Below, one piece after another: positions 24,833 through 33,882 of a stretch of DNA of 57,118 bases. Source of the DNA: a virus; the IMG/VR virus record IMGVR_UViG_2049941001_000001, positions 1 through 57,118 of that record; one strand, 5' to 3'. Below the pieces are notes generated by a model. That model saw only the letters and a list, made by a program, of their open reading frames with translations. It searched no databases and was not told the origin of the DNA. How positions within the stretch are numbered: position 1 is the stretch's first letter; every line of letters begins with the position of its first letter. Position numbers and translations under genes: made by a program.

Positions 24833-25309
24833 TCAGTGGGCGGCTTCTTCTTTTGCGCCGTATTCGCGGTCAAACGCTTCGCCTGCGGCTTTGTATGCTG
24901 CTCTGAGCTCCATAGTAGCCACGAGCACCCACGCTTCACGGGGCAGGCTACTATCCTGCTTTACCTTCTCGTCTGCGATTTCTGCGGCCTGTTGGGCAAT
25001 CTTCCATTCATCAAATGCCGCGTACATTTCTTCTTCGGTTGCGTAGTCGCTATAGGTCGCCATATCAAACGTGCCGTAATGTGTGGCAATGATATGATGG
25101 CCGTCTGGCAAGTCAATCATAAAAGAATCATCCTCGTGGTCGAGCGCGTGCTGCCATGTCCGGACTCCCTGCGCGGCGTATTTTACGGCGTTCTCGCGGT
25201 TCCCCTGCGCATGGTCAATGTACGTGTCAATGTCGGTTATCCCTGCCATGCCAACCAGCTTCGTGATACCCTGTGCCTTCAGCGCTTCAAGCCCTTCAAT
25301 CAGTGTCAT
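24833..25309 (-). CDS. Hypothetical acidic protein
   Basis: ORF track. Confidence 0.6.
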   Translation of the reverse strand: MTLIEGLEALKAQGITKLVGMAGITDIDTYIDHAQGNRENAVKYAAQGVRTWQHALDHEDDSFMIDLPDGHHIIATHYGTFDMATYSDYATEEEMYAAFDEWKIAQQAAEIADEKVKQDSSLPREAWVLVATMELRAAYKAAGEAFDREYGAKEEAAH

Positions 25310-25602
25310 GCCAATACCGCCTTTCGTTTGTTTGGCTCTAAAAGCCTGTCAAATTGTTGTTTGTAAATGCCTTAACCAATGCTATCAAAATAGATTGCTT
25401 TGCCTTGCCTTGTGTCCGTTTACCGTGTACCCTAATCGGATAGTTAGTATCGTCTGTATCCGCCCTTGCCGCCAAGGATACGCGCTATCCCTGCAAGCAT
25501 AAGGCCAAGTAATACTGCCGCCGTCGTCGTCGCCCCCTCTCGCATGGGCTTATTACTGTCACTGCATCAACTCCTATCGATTACTTAGTGCGATTGATAC
25601 GA

Positions 25603-25806
25603 TTACGCTTCTCTGTAATGCCACACATCACAGCACCACATGATAGCGGCGGCTTTGCGTGCATCCTGTAATGACTTTGGCGTGTAGTCCACATCCTCGG
25701 TATATCCGTTGTCCTCTTCTGCCGTCATTGGCACGTGTGCGCCATTGTAACAGATTGCCATAGTGTTTCCGTCGTCTCCGTCGATGTAGCCGATAACTTT
25801 TTTCAT
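25603..25806 (-). CDS. Hypothetical protein
   Basis: First gene downstream of the reverse-strand promoter. Confidence 0.55.
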   Translation of the reverse strand: MKKVIGYIDGDDGNTMAICYNGAHVPMTAEEDNGYTEDVDYTPKSLQDARKAAAIMWCCDVWHYREA

Positions 25807-25881
25807 CTGATTTTCCCTTTCTGCCGCTTAACGTCCGGCCGACGTATTTATAAACGGATATTTGTTTGCTTTCTACCATCT

Positions 25882-25909
25882 ATTATAGCCGACGTTTGCC
25901 ATTTGTCAA
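25882..25909 (-). promoter_or_regulatory. Sigma-A promoter of the reverse-strand cassette
   Basis: TTGACA-16 nt-TATAAT on the minus strand; shares an 18-nt block with 43669-43686. Confidence 0.7.
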
Positions 25910-26208
25910 TAGTAATTTTGTAATTTTATTCAAATATTTTTCTCATAGTACGGACGACGTGGGGCGGGGGTTCCCCTATTTTCGCGGGGCGGCCGTGCCG
26001 TGTAACTCGCTCTTGCACCCCAAAAATTCAAACCGAAAAATGGCTAAAATACTGGATTGTTTCACGATTTCATGTATTTGCTGATTACATCCCTTAACCG
26101 CGATTGGATACTCTAAGGCTAAATCAATAGATCGTCACGCATGTTAAAATACGCATGAATATACATAAATTATTGCATAAACTTACAGGCTAGAAGTAAA
26201 CACTACTA

Positions 26209-26237
26209 TTGACAAACCGGCGAGGAAGTGCTAAAAT
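26209..26237 (+). promoter_or_regulatory. Sigma-A promoter of XRE gene 26302
   Basis: TTGACA-17 nt-TAAAAT with TGn. Confidence 0.75.
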
Positions 26238-26301
26238 ATATAAAAGAATTATTGTTGCAATCTCTTTCCGGATACGGCATAATACTCTTGGGTGAAGATT
26301 C

Positions 26302-26592
26302 ATGACGATAGGGCACAAGGTCCGAGAGATCAGAGAATCAAAGGATATGAAGCAAATAGAGCTTGCCAGACTTTTAGATATGACGAGGCAGCAACTTCAA
26401 GTTATCGAAGAAAGCAGCGGTTATCCACGGATTCAGACGTTGATCCGGATTGCTAAAGCTCTTGGATGCCCTCTGCGTGACCTTTTGAACGAGCCGCTGC
26501 AACTTGGCCTTGCAGAACCGCCCAAAATAGTGGATGCCGATTTTCCGTGCGCCAATGCCAAGAAGTGTATGTTTTTCAAGAAAAAGGAGTAG
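26302..26592 (+). CDS. XRE-family HTH regulator
   Basis: MKQIELARLLDMTRQQLQVIE HTH. Confidence 0.75.
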   Translation: MTIGHKVREIRESKDMKQIELARLLDMTRQQLQVIEESSGYPRIQTLIRIAKALGCPLRDLLNEPLQLGLAEPPKIVDADFPCANAKKCMFFKKKE

Positions 26593-26594
26593 CC

Positions 26595-26816
26595 TTGACA
26601 TTTCAAGAGTGCTGTTCAGAGTGCATCGGAAACCATGAATTTGTTCATGAGTTTAACCGGTTGAGCGGCTTGCACTTAGGAGAGCCACGAACGGGGATTC
26701 AGATGGCGATTGATAACGCCTGCGGGTATGACCCGGATAAAGCCGCAATGCCGGAGTTTGTGGAATTCGTTTACGAGTATATCTGGATTCCGCTGATTAC
26801 GCAGAAACAAGACTGA
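26595..26816 (+). CDS. Hypothetical protein (TTG start)
   Basis: AAGGAG RBS 5 nt before TTG. Confidence 0.45.
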   Translation: MTFQECCSECIGNHEFVHEFNRLSGLHLGEPRTGIQMAIDNACGYDPDKAAMPEFVEFVYEYIWIPLITQKQD

Positions 26817-26827
26817 CATTTTAAATT

Positions 26828-26874
26828 AGAGCGCCATTTATAGAGCGCCATCCAAAAGGGTGGTGCTCATTTTT
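26828..26874 (+). terminator. Intrinsic terminator (AGAGCGCC family) overlapping the terL initiation region
   Basis: Two AGAGCGCC copies (26828, 26842); 11-bp stem 26843-53/26858-68, loop AAAA, T-run ending at the terL ATG. Confidence 0.7.
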
Positions 26875-28539
26875 ATGCTCTCGGAAGAACTTGAACAGGC
26901 AAAAGTAAAATTCCTGCTTGACATAAAAGAGCATCCGCGCATGGATTGCGGCAGAAAGGCCGAAGAATGCCTTGCCCTTCGGACGCTCTACCATAAAGAC
27001 GAGGATATGCCTCACGCGCTATGGGCCAACTTTGAAATGCGTAAGGCCCTCAACGAAGAACTGAAATGTGCCGATCTGTCTGTAACGGAAGTCAAGAAAC
27101 TTCTGCATAGCTACTGGCAGACATTCTTATTTGCGGCTCCATATGACTTTCACAGTTATCTTCTTTATATGGAGAAAGACCGCGAGCCGGAAAAGCAATT
27201 CTATGTTCCCCGCATGAAGGTCCTGCGGCCTATTGTGCGAGATTTGCAGGATTTAGCGGACGGAAAGCTGAATGTCTATGGGCTTTCACTCCCGCCCGGA
27301 TCAGGCAAGTCGACGTGCGGTATTTTCTACATGACTTGGCTGATGGGCCGCAATCCAGATATGCCGTCTTTGGCCTCTGCTTACGCTGATAAACTCACAC
27401 GGAGCTTTTATGACGGAGCAATGTCGTTTATCAAAGATCCGGAATACAAATATGCTGAGATTTTCCCAAATTCTCCGCTTTCCGTTACGAACGCAAAAGA
27501 CGAAACAATTGACCTTGCGCGGCAACACAGGTTTAAGACGCTTACATGCCGTTCCATCGACGGCGGGCTGACCGGTGCTACTCGTTGCGAAAGCTTGCTG
27601 TATGCCGACGATATGGTTTCAGGTTCTGAAGAAGCCTTGAATCGTGACCGTATGGACACGCTTTGGACGAAATTCACGAACGACCTGATGTCCCGTATGA
27701 AAGAAAACTGCAAGATGTTGATTATAGGCACCAGATGGAGCGTTTGGGACCCGCTCGGTCGTCTGGAAATGCAGTACGAAAACAATCCTAAAGCAAAATT
27801 TGTTAAAATCCCGGCCCTTGACATTAACGGCCACTCTAATTTCGAGTATAAGTATGGCGTCGGCTTCTCCACAGAGCATTTCAAGATGCTAAAAGACAGC
27901 ATGGACGATATTTCATGGCGCTCTATCTATCAGCAGGAACCGATTGAGCGGGAGGGCGTCCTCTACCATGAGGACGATCTCATGTATTACAATGGAGCTC
28001 TTCCAGAAGGCCGCCCTGATGCTTATTTAGCTGTTTGCGACAGCAAGGGACAAGGTAAAGACTATGTTTCTGCTCCGTGCGGTCTTGTTTACGGCGACCT
28101 CGTATATATCCCAGCGTGGGTTTTTAATAACGGTCTGCCTGAAATTACGAAGCCTCTTGTTGCTCAGATGTGCATAAAGCAAGGCATTTCCCGGCTTGAT
28201 GTGGAAATGAACAACGGCGGCGACTACTATGCAGACGATGTAGACAAACAAATTAGGGCTGGCGGTGGGCACACGTCCATCCGCAAATTCTTCACTTCCA
28301 CGAACAAAATCGCAAAGATCGTCACCGAGAGCGACTTTGTGAAGAAGCATTTTGTATTCTTAGACCCCAAATCTTCAGAGACGCCGCGAGAGTACAAGGA
28401 AGCTCTTAGAAACGTGTTTGGGTTTACCATCACCGGCAATGCAAAACATGACGACGCCCCGGATTCCCTCGCCATGCTCTCGGAACTCGTCAAGGGGCTT
28501 ACAATGGCGAACGTGAGGGTTATTCAAAGGCCGTTTTAA
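26875..28539 (+). CDS. terL: Terminase large subunit
   Basis: Walker A GLSLPPGSGKST; size and position before the portal. Start could be GTG 26860. Confidence 0.85.
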   Translation: MLSEELEQAKVKFLLDIKEHPRMDCGRKAEECLALRTLYHKDEDMPHALWANFEMRKALNEELKCADLSVTEVKKLLHSYWQTFLFAAPYDFHSYLLYMEKDREPEKQFYVPRMKVLRPIVRDLQDLADGKLNVYGLSLPPGSGKSTCGIFYMTWLMGRNPDMPSLASAYADKLTRSFYDGAMSFIKDPEYKYAEIFPNSPLSVTNAKDETIDLARQHRFKTLTCRSIDGGLTGATRCESLLYADDMVSGSEEALNRDRMDTLWTKFTNDLMSRMKENCKMLIIGTRWSVWDPLGRLEMQYENNPKAKFVKIPALDINGHSNFEYKYGVGFSTEHFKMLKDSMDDISWRSIYQQEPIEREGVLYHEDDLMYYNGALPEGRPDAYLAVCDSKGQGKDYVSAPCGLVYGDLVYIPAWVFNNGLPEITKPLVAQMCIKQGISRLDVEMNNGGDYYADDVDKQIRAGGGHTSIRKFFTSTNKIAKIVTESDFVKKHFVFLDPKSSETPREYKEALRNVFGFTITGNAKHDDAPDSLAMLSELVKGLTMANVRVIQRPF

Positions 28540-28650
28540 AAAAACATTTCTCTGCTCTCAACCTATAGGTTGAATCTGTACTAGCGAACAGCACAACATG
28601 TGGTGTAAAATTATATATAGAGAAAAATATTTTGCGAGGGAGGCGAGCGG

Positions 28651-30171
28651 ATGGATTATTGGGATGAAGTACTTGGCAAAGATCATGTGTTTCTTGGCCG
28701 TCAAACGCTTTATACCTCCCGCACGGCGGAACAGATCGACGCAAATTCGATCCCTGACATTATCAATGGCGCTATGAACCGCCATATTCAGAATTATCGT
28801 GAAACTCTGTATCTCAAAAGGTACTTTCGCGGATGGCACCCGATTCTTGAACGAGCGAAAAAAGTACGGCCCGACATCAACAACCGAATCCCGATCAATA
28901 ACGCCTTTGCAATCGTCCGGAACGGCGTTGGATATTTTCTCGGGGAGCCGATTCAGTACAACGAAAAGAGCACGCCGAATTCCGCGGGCGTGAAACGGCT
29001 CAATGACTTTCTCGACAGCGAGGATAAGTCCAGCGAGGATATGTCCGTTGGAAACGATGGAAGCATTTGCGGACGCGGGTTTCGCCTGATCGCCGCAGAC
29101 AAACCGGAGTTTGAGGACGAGGCTCCTTTTGAATTGCCGACGCTGGATTCCGAGTGTACCGAAGTTATTTATTCGACAAAGGCAGGGCACCCGCCCGTGC
29201 TTGCGTTTACTCATTCTCCGATTTTAAGCGACAGCGGATCTGTTTCCGGCACAGAGTGGACGGCTTACGATAGCGAGAATCAATACCGCTACGTCGTCCC
29301 GGGCGGCTTCGGTGCGCATTTGCAACGCAAACACTTAGCGGGAGAACCAGTTTCCCATTTCCTGCGAGATATTCCAATTGTCGAATACCCAAACAACGAA
29401 TGGCGCATCGGAGATTTTGAGATCGTGCTTGCGATTCTTGATGCTATCGACAAACTGCAATCCGACCGCGTAAACAGCGTGGAGCAGATTGTTTCCTCCA
29501 TCCTAGTTTTTGTTGGTTGCCATTTGCGCACGAAAGAGGAAAAGAACAACGGAGAGCCTTCCGACTACGAGCAGTTGCAGGAAACCTTCACGCTTGAAAT
29601 TCCGGCAGACACAAACGGGCAACACGCAGACGTGAAGTATGTCAACTCCGGCGTCGATCAAAACGAGGCCGAAACGCTTGCTCAGACCTTAATGGCTTAC
29701 GTCTATTCCATTACCGGCATTCCGGACCGCAAAGACCGCGCGGGCGGGGGAGGGGACACCGGGGACGCAGTTTATCTCCGCGACGGCTACCAGTCTTTGG
29801 AGATTGTTGCCCGCGTGAAGGAGAGAAACTTCCGCAAGGCAGAACGCCGGTTGCTCCGAATGATCTGTGAGATTATTCGCCGGTTTAACGGAATCAATCT
29901 CCGGCCCATGGATATTGATGTGAAATTCATTCGTAACCGCACGACAGACCTGTTGAACAAATCTCAGGCGTTTGCGAATCTCATGGGCACAAAGCAGATT
30001 GCTCCGACCGATGGCATTTCGCTGATCGGCGTTACCAACGACCCGCAGGGCATGGCAAAGCGCGGTCAATACTATTGGAGCGGACCGGGCGCGCAACAAA
30101 ATGATACGGCAACAGAAGGGAACGACGATGATACAGGAACAGAAAGCAATCAAGAGCCAGCCGTTGGTTGA
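28651..30171 (+). CDS. Portal protein (SPP1 gp6-like)
   Basis: 506 aa directly after terL; acidic C-terminus. Confidence 0.8.
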   Translation: MDYWDEVLGKDHVFLGRQTLYTSRTAEQIDANSIPDIINGAMNRHIQNYRETLYLKRYFRGWHPILERAKKVRPDINNRIPINNAFAIVRNGVGYFLGEPIQYNEKSTPNSAGVKRLNDFLDSEDKSSEDMSVGNDGSICGRGFRLIAADKPEFEDEAPFELPTLDSECTEVIYSTKAGHPPVLAFTHSPILSDSGSVSGTEWTAYDSENQYRYVVPGGFGAHLQRKHLAGEPVSHFLRDIPIVEYPNNEWRIGDFEIVLAILDAIDKLQSDRVNSVEQIVSSILVFVGCHLRTKEEKNNGEPSDYEQLQETFTLEIPADTNGQHADVKYVNSGVDQNEAETLAQTLMAYVYSITGIPDRKDRAGGGGDTGDAVYLRDGYQSLEIVARVKERNFRKAERRLLRMICEIIRRFNGINLRPMDIDVKFIRNRTTDLLNKSQAFANLMGTKQIAPTDGISLIGVTNDPQGMAKRGQYYWSGPGAQQNDTATEGNDDDTGTESNQEPAVG

Positions 30172-30286
30172 AGTCCGTTGTCGGAATTGTAACCGGCTTC
30201 TCGGTTATCTTTCGGCGAGTTCCCCATATCGGATAAAATGCCCGAAATGTAAAGAAATGAACGAAAATGAGAAAGAGAATGGATAA
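30128..30286 (+). CDS. Com-like zinc-ribbon protein
   Basis: RCRNCNRLLG...IKCPKCK resembles Mu Com; overlaps the portal 3' end. Confidence 0.5.
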   Translation: MIQEQKAIKSQPLVEVRCRNCNRLLGYLSASSPYRIKCPKCKEMNENEKENG

Positions 30287-30479
30287 ACAGAAAACATCAA
30301 GCGGCGGAATTAGCTTCTGCGATTTGCTGGTCATCGTTTTTATCGTGCTGAAACTCTGCAAGGTCATTACGTGGTCTTGGCTATGGGTGCTGGCACCGAT
30401 ATGGATTCCTGTTGCAATTGTTTTAGTGATTTTCTTAATCGGCTGCATTAGCGCAGCTATCGCGGCAACAAAGGGCTAA
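30279..30479 (+). CDS. Small membrane protein
   Basis: Two TM segments. Confidence 0.5.
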   Translation: MDKQKTSSGGISFCDLLVIVFIVLKLCKVITWSWLWVLAPIWIPVAIVLVIFLIGCISAAIAATKG

Positions 30480-30488
30480 AACAGACGT

Positions 30489-30545
30489 AGAGCGCCACAT
30501 AGAGCGCCAGTTTTCCCAAACGGGATTACTGGCGCTTTTATTTTG
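30489..30545 (+). terminator. Intrinsic terminator (AGAGCGCC family)
   Basis: AGAGCGCC at 30489 and 30501; 9-bp stem AGCGCCAGT/ACTGGCGCT; TTTTATTTT. Confidence 0.8.
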
Positions 30546-30658
30546 CCTTTGATGGTTGGGCAAAAACCATCACCACAAAAATCTAGATGCCCCAACCGTT
30601 ACTCCTTCGGTATGCCTTAATTGCGCCGTGGGGAATTTCAGAGGCAGCGGCGCTTCGT

Positions 30659-30735
30659 GCTGGAATAGCTCAGTTGGTAGAGTGCCCGTTCTGTAAGCGG
30701 GCGGTCGCAGGTTCGATTCCGTGCTTCCAGCTCCA
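30659..30735 (+). tRNA. tRNA-Thr(UGU)-like, atypical (C33, one-base bulge in the T stem)
   Basis: Acceptor GCTGGAA/TTCCAGC, canonical D arm TAGCTCAGTTGGTAGAGT, loop TCTGTAA, T loop TTCGATT, U73-CCA. Confidence 0.6.
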
Positions 30736-30818
30736 CAGGCAAGTTCAAGGGCTTCTGCCGTTAAACGGTCGGCATAGTGTCCGGCAAAACCCTTCCTTAA
30801 AAAAGACGAGGTGGTTCT

Positions 30819-31616
30819 TTGAATGTAATCAAGGTGAATTTGCCGCGCGAATTTACTTCGCTCAATATTTATCCGTATGGGGATTGGCATGTTGGGGATA
30901 AATCGTGCGACATGGCTCTTGTCAAAGAATCTATCCGAAAGGTTGCCGACGCTCCGAACGCCTACTGCATCTTAAATGGCGACCTGATGAACAACGCCAC
31001 AAAGGCAAGTGTTTCTGACAGCTACGCCGAGCGGATGCCGCCGATGGAACAACTCAACCTGATTCTCTCGCTTCTATCCCCTATAAAGGACAAGATTCTT
31101 TCAATAGAGGATGGAAACCACGAGCGGCGCAGCTACCGAGAGGACGGAATCGACCTGTCACGGCTTGTTGCCCGCGAGCTTGGCATAGAGGACAGATATT
31201 CGCAAGGCGGAAATTTGATCTTTCTACGTTTTGGGCAATCACATAGTGGGCGTAAGGAATCCAACGGGAGCGGGCAGATACGGCAGATGTGCTACACCAT
31301 CTATGCAACGCACGGTTCTGGCGGCGGCAGGAAAGAAGGTTCTAAGGTCGTTCGTCTTGCGGATATGGCAAGCATCGTAGATTCCGACATTTATGTGCAT
31401 GGGCATTCACACTTGCCTCTTACCATGAAGAACACGTACTTCCGAACAGATATTCAGAATAGCTCCGTCAAGCCGGTTACAAAGCTGTTTGTCAATACGG
31501 CTGCGGCGCTCGACTGGGGCGGATATTCAGAAACCGGAGAATTCAAACCAAACAGCAAAGATACGCCCGTCATTCATCTTGATGGAACGCGCAAGTTTAT
31601 GACGGCGACGCTTTGA
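30819..31616 (+). CDS. Calcineurin-like metallophosphoesterase (TTG start)
   Basis: GDWHVG, NGDLMN, GNHE, THGSGGG, HGHSH motifs; GAGGTGG RBS. Confidence 0.75.
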   Translation: MNVIKVNLPREFTSLNIYPYGDWHVGDKSCDMALVKESIRKVADAPNAYCILNGDLMNNATKASVSDSYAERMPPMEQLNLILSLLSPIKDKILSIEDGNHERRSYREDGIDLSRLVARELGIEDRYSQGGNLIFLRFGQSHSGRKESNGSGQIRQMCYTIYATHGSGGGRKEGSKVVRLADMASIVDSDIYVHGHSHLPLTMKNTYFRTDIQNSSVKPVTKLFVNTAAALDWGGYSETGEFKPNSKDTPVIHLDGTRKFMTATL

Positions 31617-31708
31617 TAGACTGAAATTTATTACGAGACGGGCCGAAGCGAGTAAAACCTACGGGGGAGAAAGCAGAGGAACGGCGCGGAATACGGAGGA
31701 ATTAGTTT

Positions 31709-32455
31709 ATGCACATCAATCTTAGCAGAGATCGGTTCGGCAGGCTCGTCCGGCGTTACGACGGAGAGGGCGGGGGAGGCGCTCATGCGGCTGGCACAAC
31801 TACGGCAACTTCTACGGCAACGCCCTCCACAACCATTGCGGGTACTGCATCTGCGGCTCCTGCCGGAACTGCTGCGCAGACGGAGACTTACCATGCAACC
31901 GAGACAAAGCCTTTCAAGTCTTTTGCGTCCGAGGCTGAATACCAGAAAGAGCTTGATTTCAGAATCCAGCAGGCCTTGAAGACCCACGAGGAAAAGCTCA
32001 AAGGCAAGCTCACGCTGGAAATCCGCAAGCAGCTTGAAGCTGAAGCCAATATGACCGCCGAGCAGAAGTATCAGGCGCAGCTTGAACAACTCGAAGCCGA
32101 CAAAAAGGCTCTTGCCAAAGAGAAAGTCCGGATTAAGGCTGAATCTCTCTTTTCCGCAAAGGGCATTGCCGAAGCCGACCGCGCCGTTATGCTCGACAGC
32201 ATCGTTGATGATGACGAGGAAGGTTCGCTGAAACGGGCGCAGGCTTTGATTGATGTTATCGACAAGGCGACCAATGAGAAGATCAAGGCTGAAATGGTGA
32301 AGGCAAAGCCCCCTGCGACCGGCAAAGAAACCGGAAATGGCACGGAATCCGAGGCGGTCAAGCTTGCTAAAGAGCTTGCGGCTAAACGGGCAACAGCGAC
32401 CAAAACAGCCAACAGCACACTTGATTATTACCGTAACGGAGGAAATAAGAAATGA
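31709..32455 (+). CDS. Scaffolding protein
   Basis: Low-complexity N-terminus, long coiled coil; position before the capsid genes. Confidence 0.6.
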   Translation: MHINLSRDRFGRLVRRYDGEGGGGAHAAGTTTATSTATPSTTIAGTASAAPAGTAAQTETYHATETKPFKSFASEAEYQKELDFRIQQALKTHEEKLKGKLTLEIRKQLEAEANMTAEQKYQAQLEQLEADKKALAKEKVRIKAESLFSAKGIAEADRAVMLDSIVDDDEEGSLKRAQALIDVIDKATNEKIKAEMVKAKPPATGKETGNGTESEAVKLAKELAAKRATATKTANSTLDYYRNGGNKK

Positions 32456-32790
32456 AATATGTCAAGACTGGAACCTACGGCGGCACCGTAGAGATTCTTT
32501 TTAACGACCATAAGGTTTGCACCAGAAAAATCCTCGATTTTACCGGGAACGCAGAAGGCGTTTTCAAGGCTGGCACTCCTATCGGCGCGGACGGCAAAGC
32601 CGCCGTGACTTCCGGCGATCCCGCGACTTCCAATGCAATCGGCGTTCTTTTGCATGACGTTGAGCAGGACAATCCAAACGGGACGATTGTCATTCACGGC
32701 TTTATCGACACGGCAAAGGCGCAGGCCAACTCGGGCGTGACCGTCGATGACGCGACGAAAGCCGCCCTCCCGCTGATTCTGTTTTGTTAA
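32452..32790 (+). CDS. Head decoration protein (lambda gpD-like position)
   Basis: About 110 aa immediately upstream of a gpE-like capsid gene. Confidence 0.5.
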   Translation: MKYVKTGTYGGTVEILFNDHKVCTRKILDFTGNAEGVFKAGTPIGADGKAAVTSGDPATSNAIGVLLHDVEQDNPNGTIVIHGFIDTAKAQANSGVTVDDATKAALPLILFC

Positions 32791-32808
32791 ATTGGAGGAA
32801 AAGAAATT

Positions 32809-33879
32809 ATGAAACTTACTGATCTGTTTACTCCCGCCGCGATTGCGGCAAGTTATACGGAGGACCCGAGCAACGCCGTTCCTTATCTCGGAGTAGGGCT
32901 TTTCCCCGCACGGAAAAAGGCCGGGCTTGATCTTTCGTGGATTAAGGGCCGCAGGGGGATTGCGGTTTCCCTGAAACCCTCGAATTTCGATTCTAAGGCT
33001 ACCTACCGCGACCGAATCGGCATCAGCAAGACCGAAACCGAAATGCCATTCTTCCGCGAGGCTTATCGCATCGACGAGCGGCAGCGTCAGGACATTCTTC
33101 GCGCACAGGATACCAACGACCCGTTTGCGCAGGCCGCAATTGATTTCATTTACGACGATGTTGGCGAGCTTGTCCGTGGTGCTGATGTTGTTCCGGAGCG
33201 TATGAGAATGCAGCTCTTGGCCCCTGCTGATGGCGACGTGGGTATCTCCATCGTTGCGAACAACGTGGATTATACATACCATTACGACCCCGATGAAGAA
33301 TGGAAGGCAACCAACTATCGTCCGATCACGACAGCCGCAGACAAATGGAATGTTCCCGCGACCGCCAAGCCTCTTACCGATCTCCGCGAAGCGCAGGACG
33401 CCATTGAAGATTTGACCGGCACTCGCCCCGATACGGCAGTCATGAGCCGCAAGACTTTCAGTTATCTGCTTGCTTCCGATGAAGTTCGCTCTGCGATTCT
33501 TGCGCAGAATCTTACGGCCAATATCTTTATGACCGACGAAATTGCGCGTCAGGTTGTCGCAAGTCTGCTTGGAATCAGCATCATCATTTACAACAAGAAA
33601 TTCCGCGACGAGAACAAAACGGTTCATCAGTTCTATCCGGATGATTATGTCACCCTGTTTTCGTCCGGCGCTCCGCTTGGCGAGACTTGGTATGGCACGA
33701 CCCCGGAGGAAGCCGATCTGCTTGGCGACAGCAACGCGCAGGTTTCCATCGTCAATACCGGCGTTGCCGTTACTCGGATTATTACCCCACATCCGGTCAG
33801 CATTGACATTATCGCTTCCGAGATTGTTCTGCCGTCCTACGAGGGCATGGACAATGTGTGCGTATTGAAGGTGGCCTAA
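32809..33879 (+). CDS. Major capsid protein (lambda gpE-like)
   Basis: 356 aa; N-terminus LFTPAAIAASYTEDPSNAVPYLGVGLFP resembles the Phage_cap_E family. Confidence 0.7.
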   Translation: MKLTDLFTPAAIAASYTEDPSNAVPYLGVGLFPARKKAGLDLSWIKGRRGIAVSLKPSNFDSKATYRDRIGISKTETEMPFFREAYRIDERQRQDILRAQDTNDPFAQAAIDFIYDDVGELVRGADVVPERMRMQLLAPADGDVGISIVANNVDYTYHYDPDEEWKATNYRPITTAADKWNVPATAKPLTDLREAQDAIEDLTGTRPDTAVMSRKTFSYLLASDEVRSAILAQNLTANIFMTDEIARQVVASLLGISIIIYNKKFRDENKTVHQFYPDDYVTLFSSGAPLGETWYGTTPEEADLLGDSNAQVSIVNTGVAVTRIITPHPVSIDIIASEIVLPSYEGMDNVCVLKVA

Positions 33880-33882
33880 CCG

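Noticed and set aside
25444-25545. 33-aa hydrophobic peptide ORF on the minus strand (MREGATTTAAVLLGLMLAGIARILGGKGGYRRY)
   Set aside because: It has no recognisable Shine-Dalgarno sequence and no independent evidence. It could be real, given the small-peptide theme in this cassette, but it is too weak to list as a feature.
30570-30901. ORFs 30570..30890(-) and 30587..30901(+), plus 17253..17579(-) and 17293..17508(-)
   Set aside because: They overlap tRNA genes, terminators and promoters and have non-protein-like sequences.
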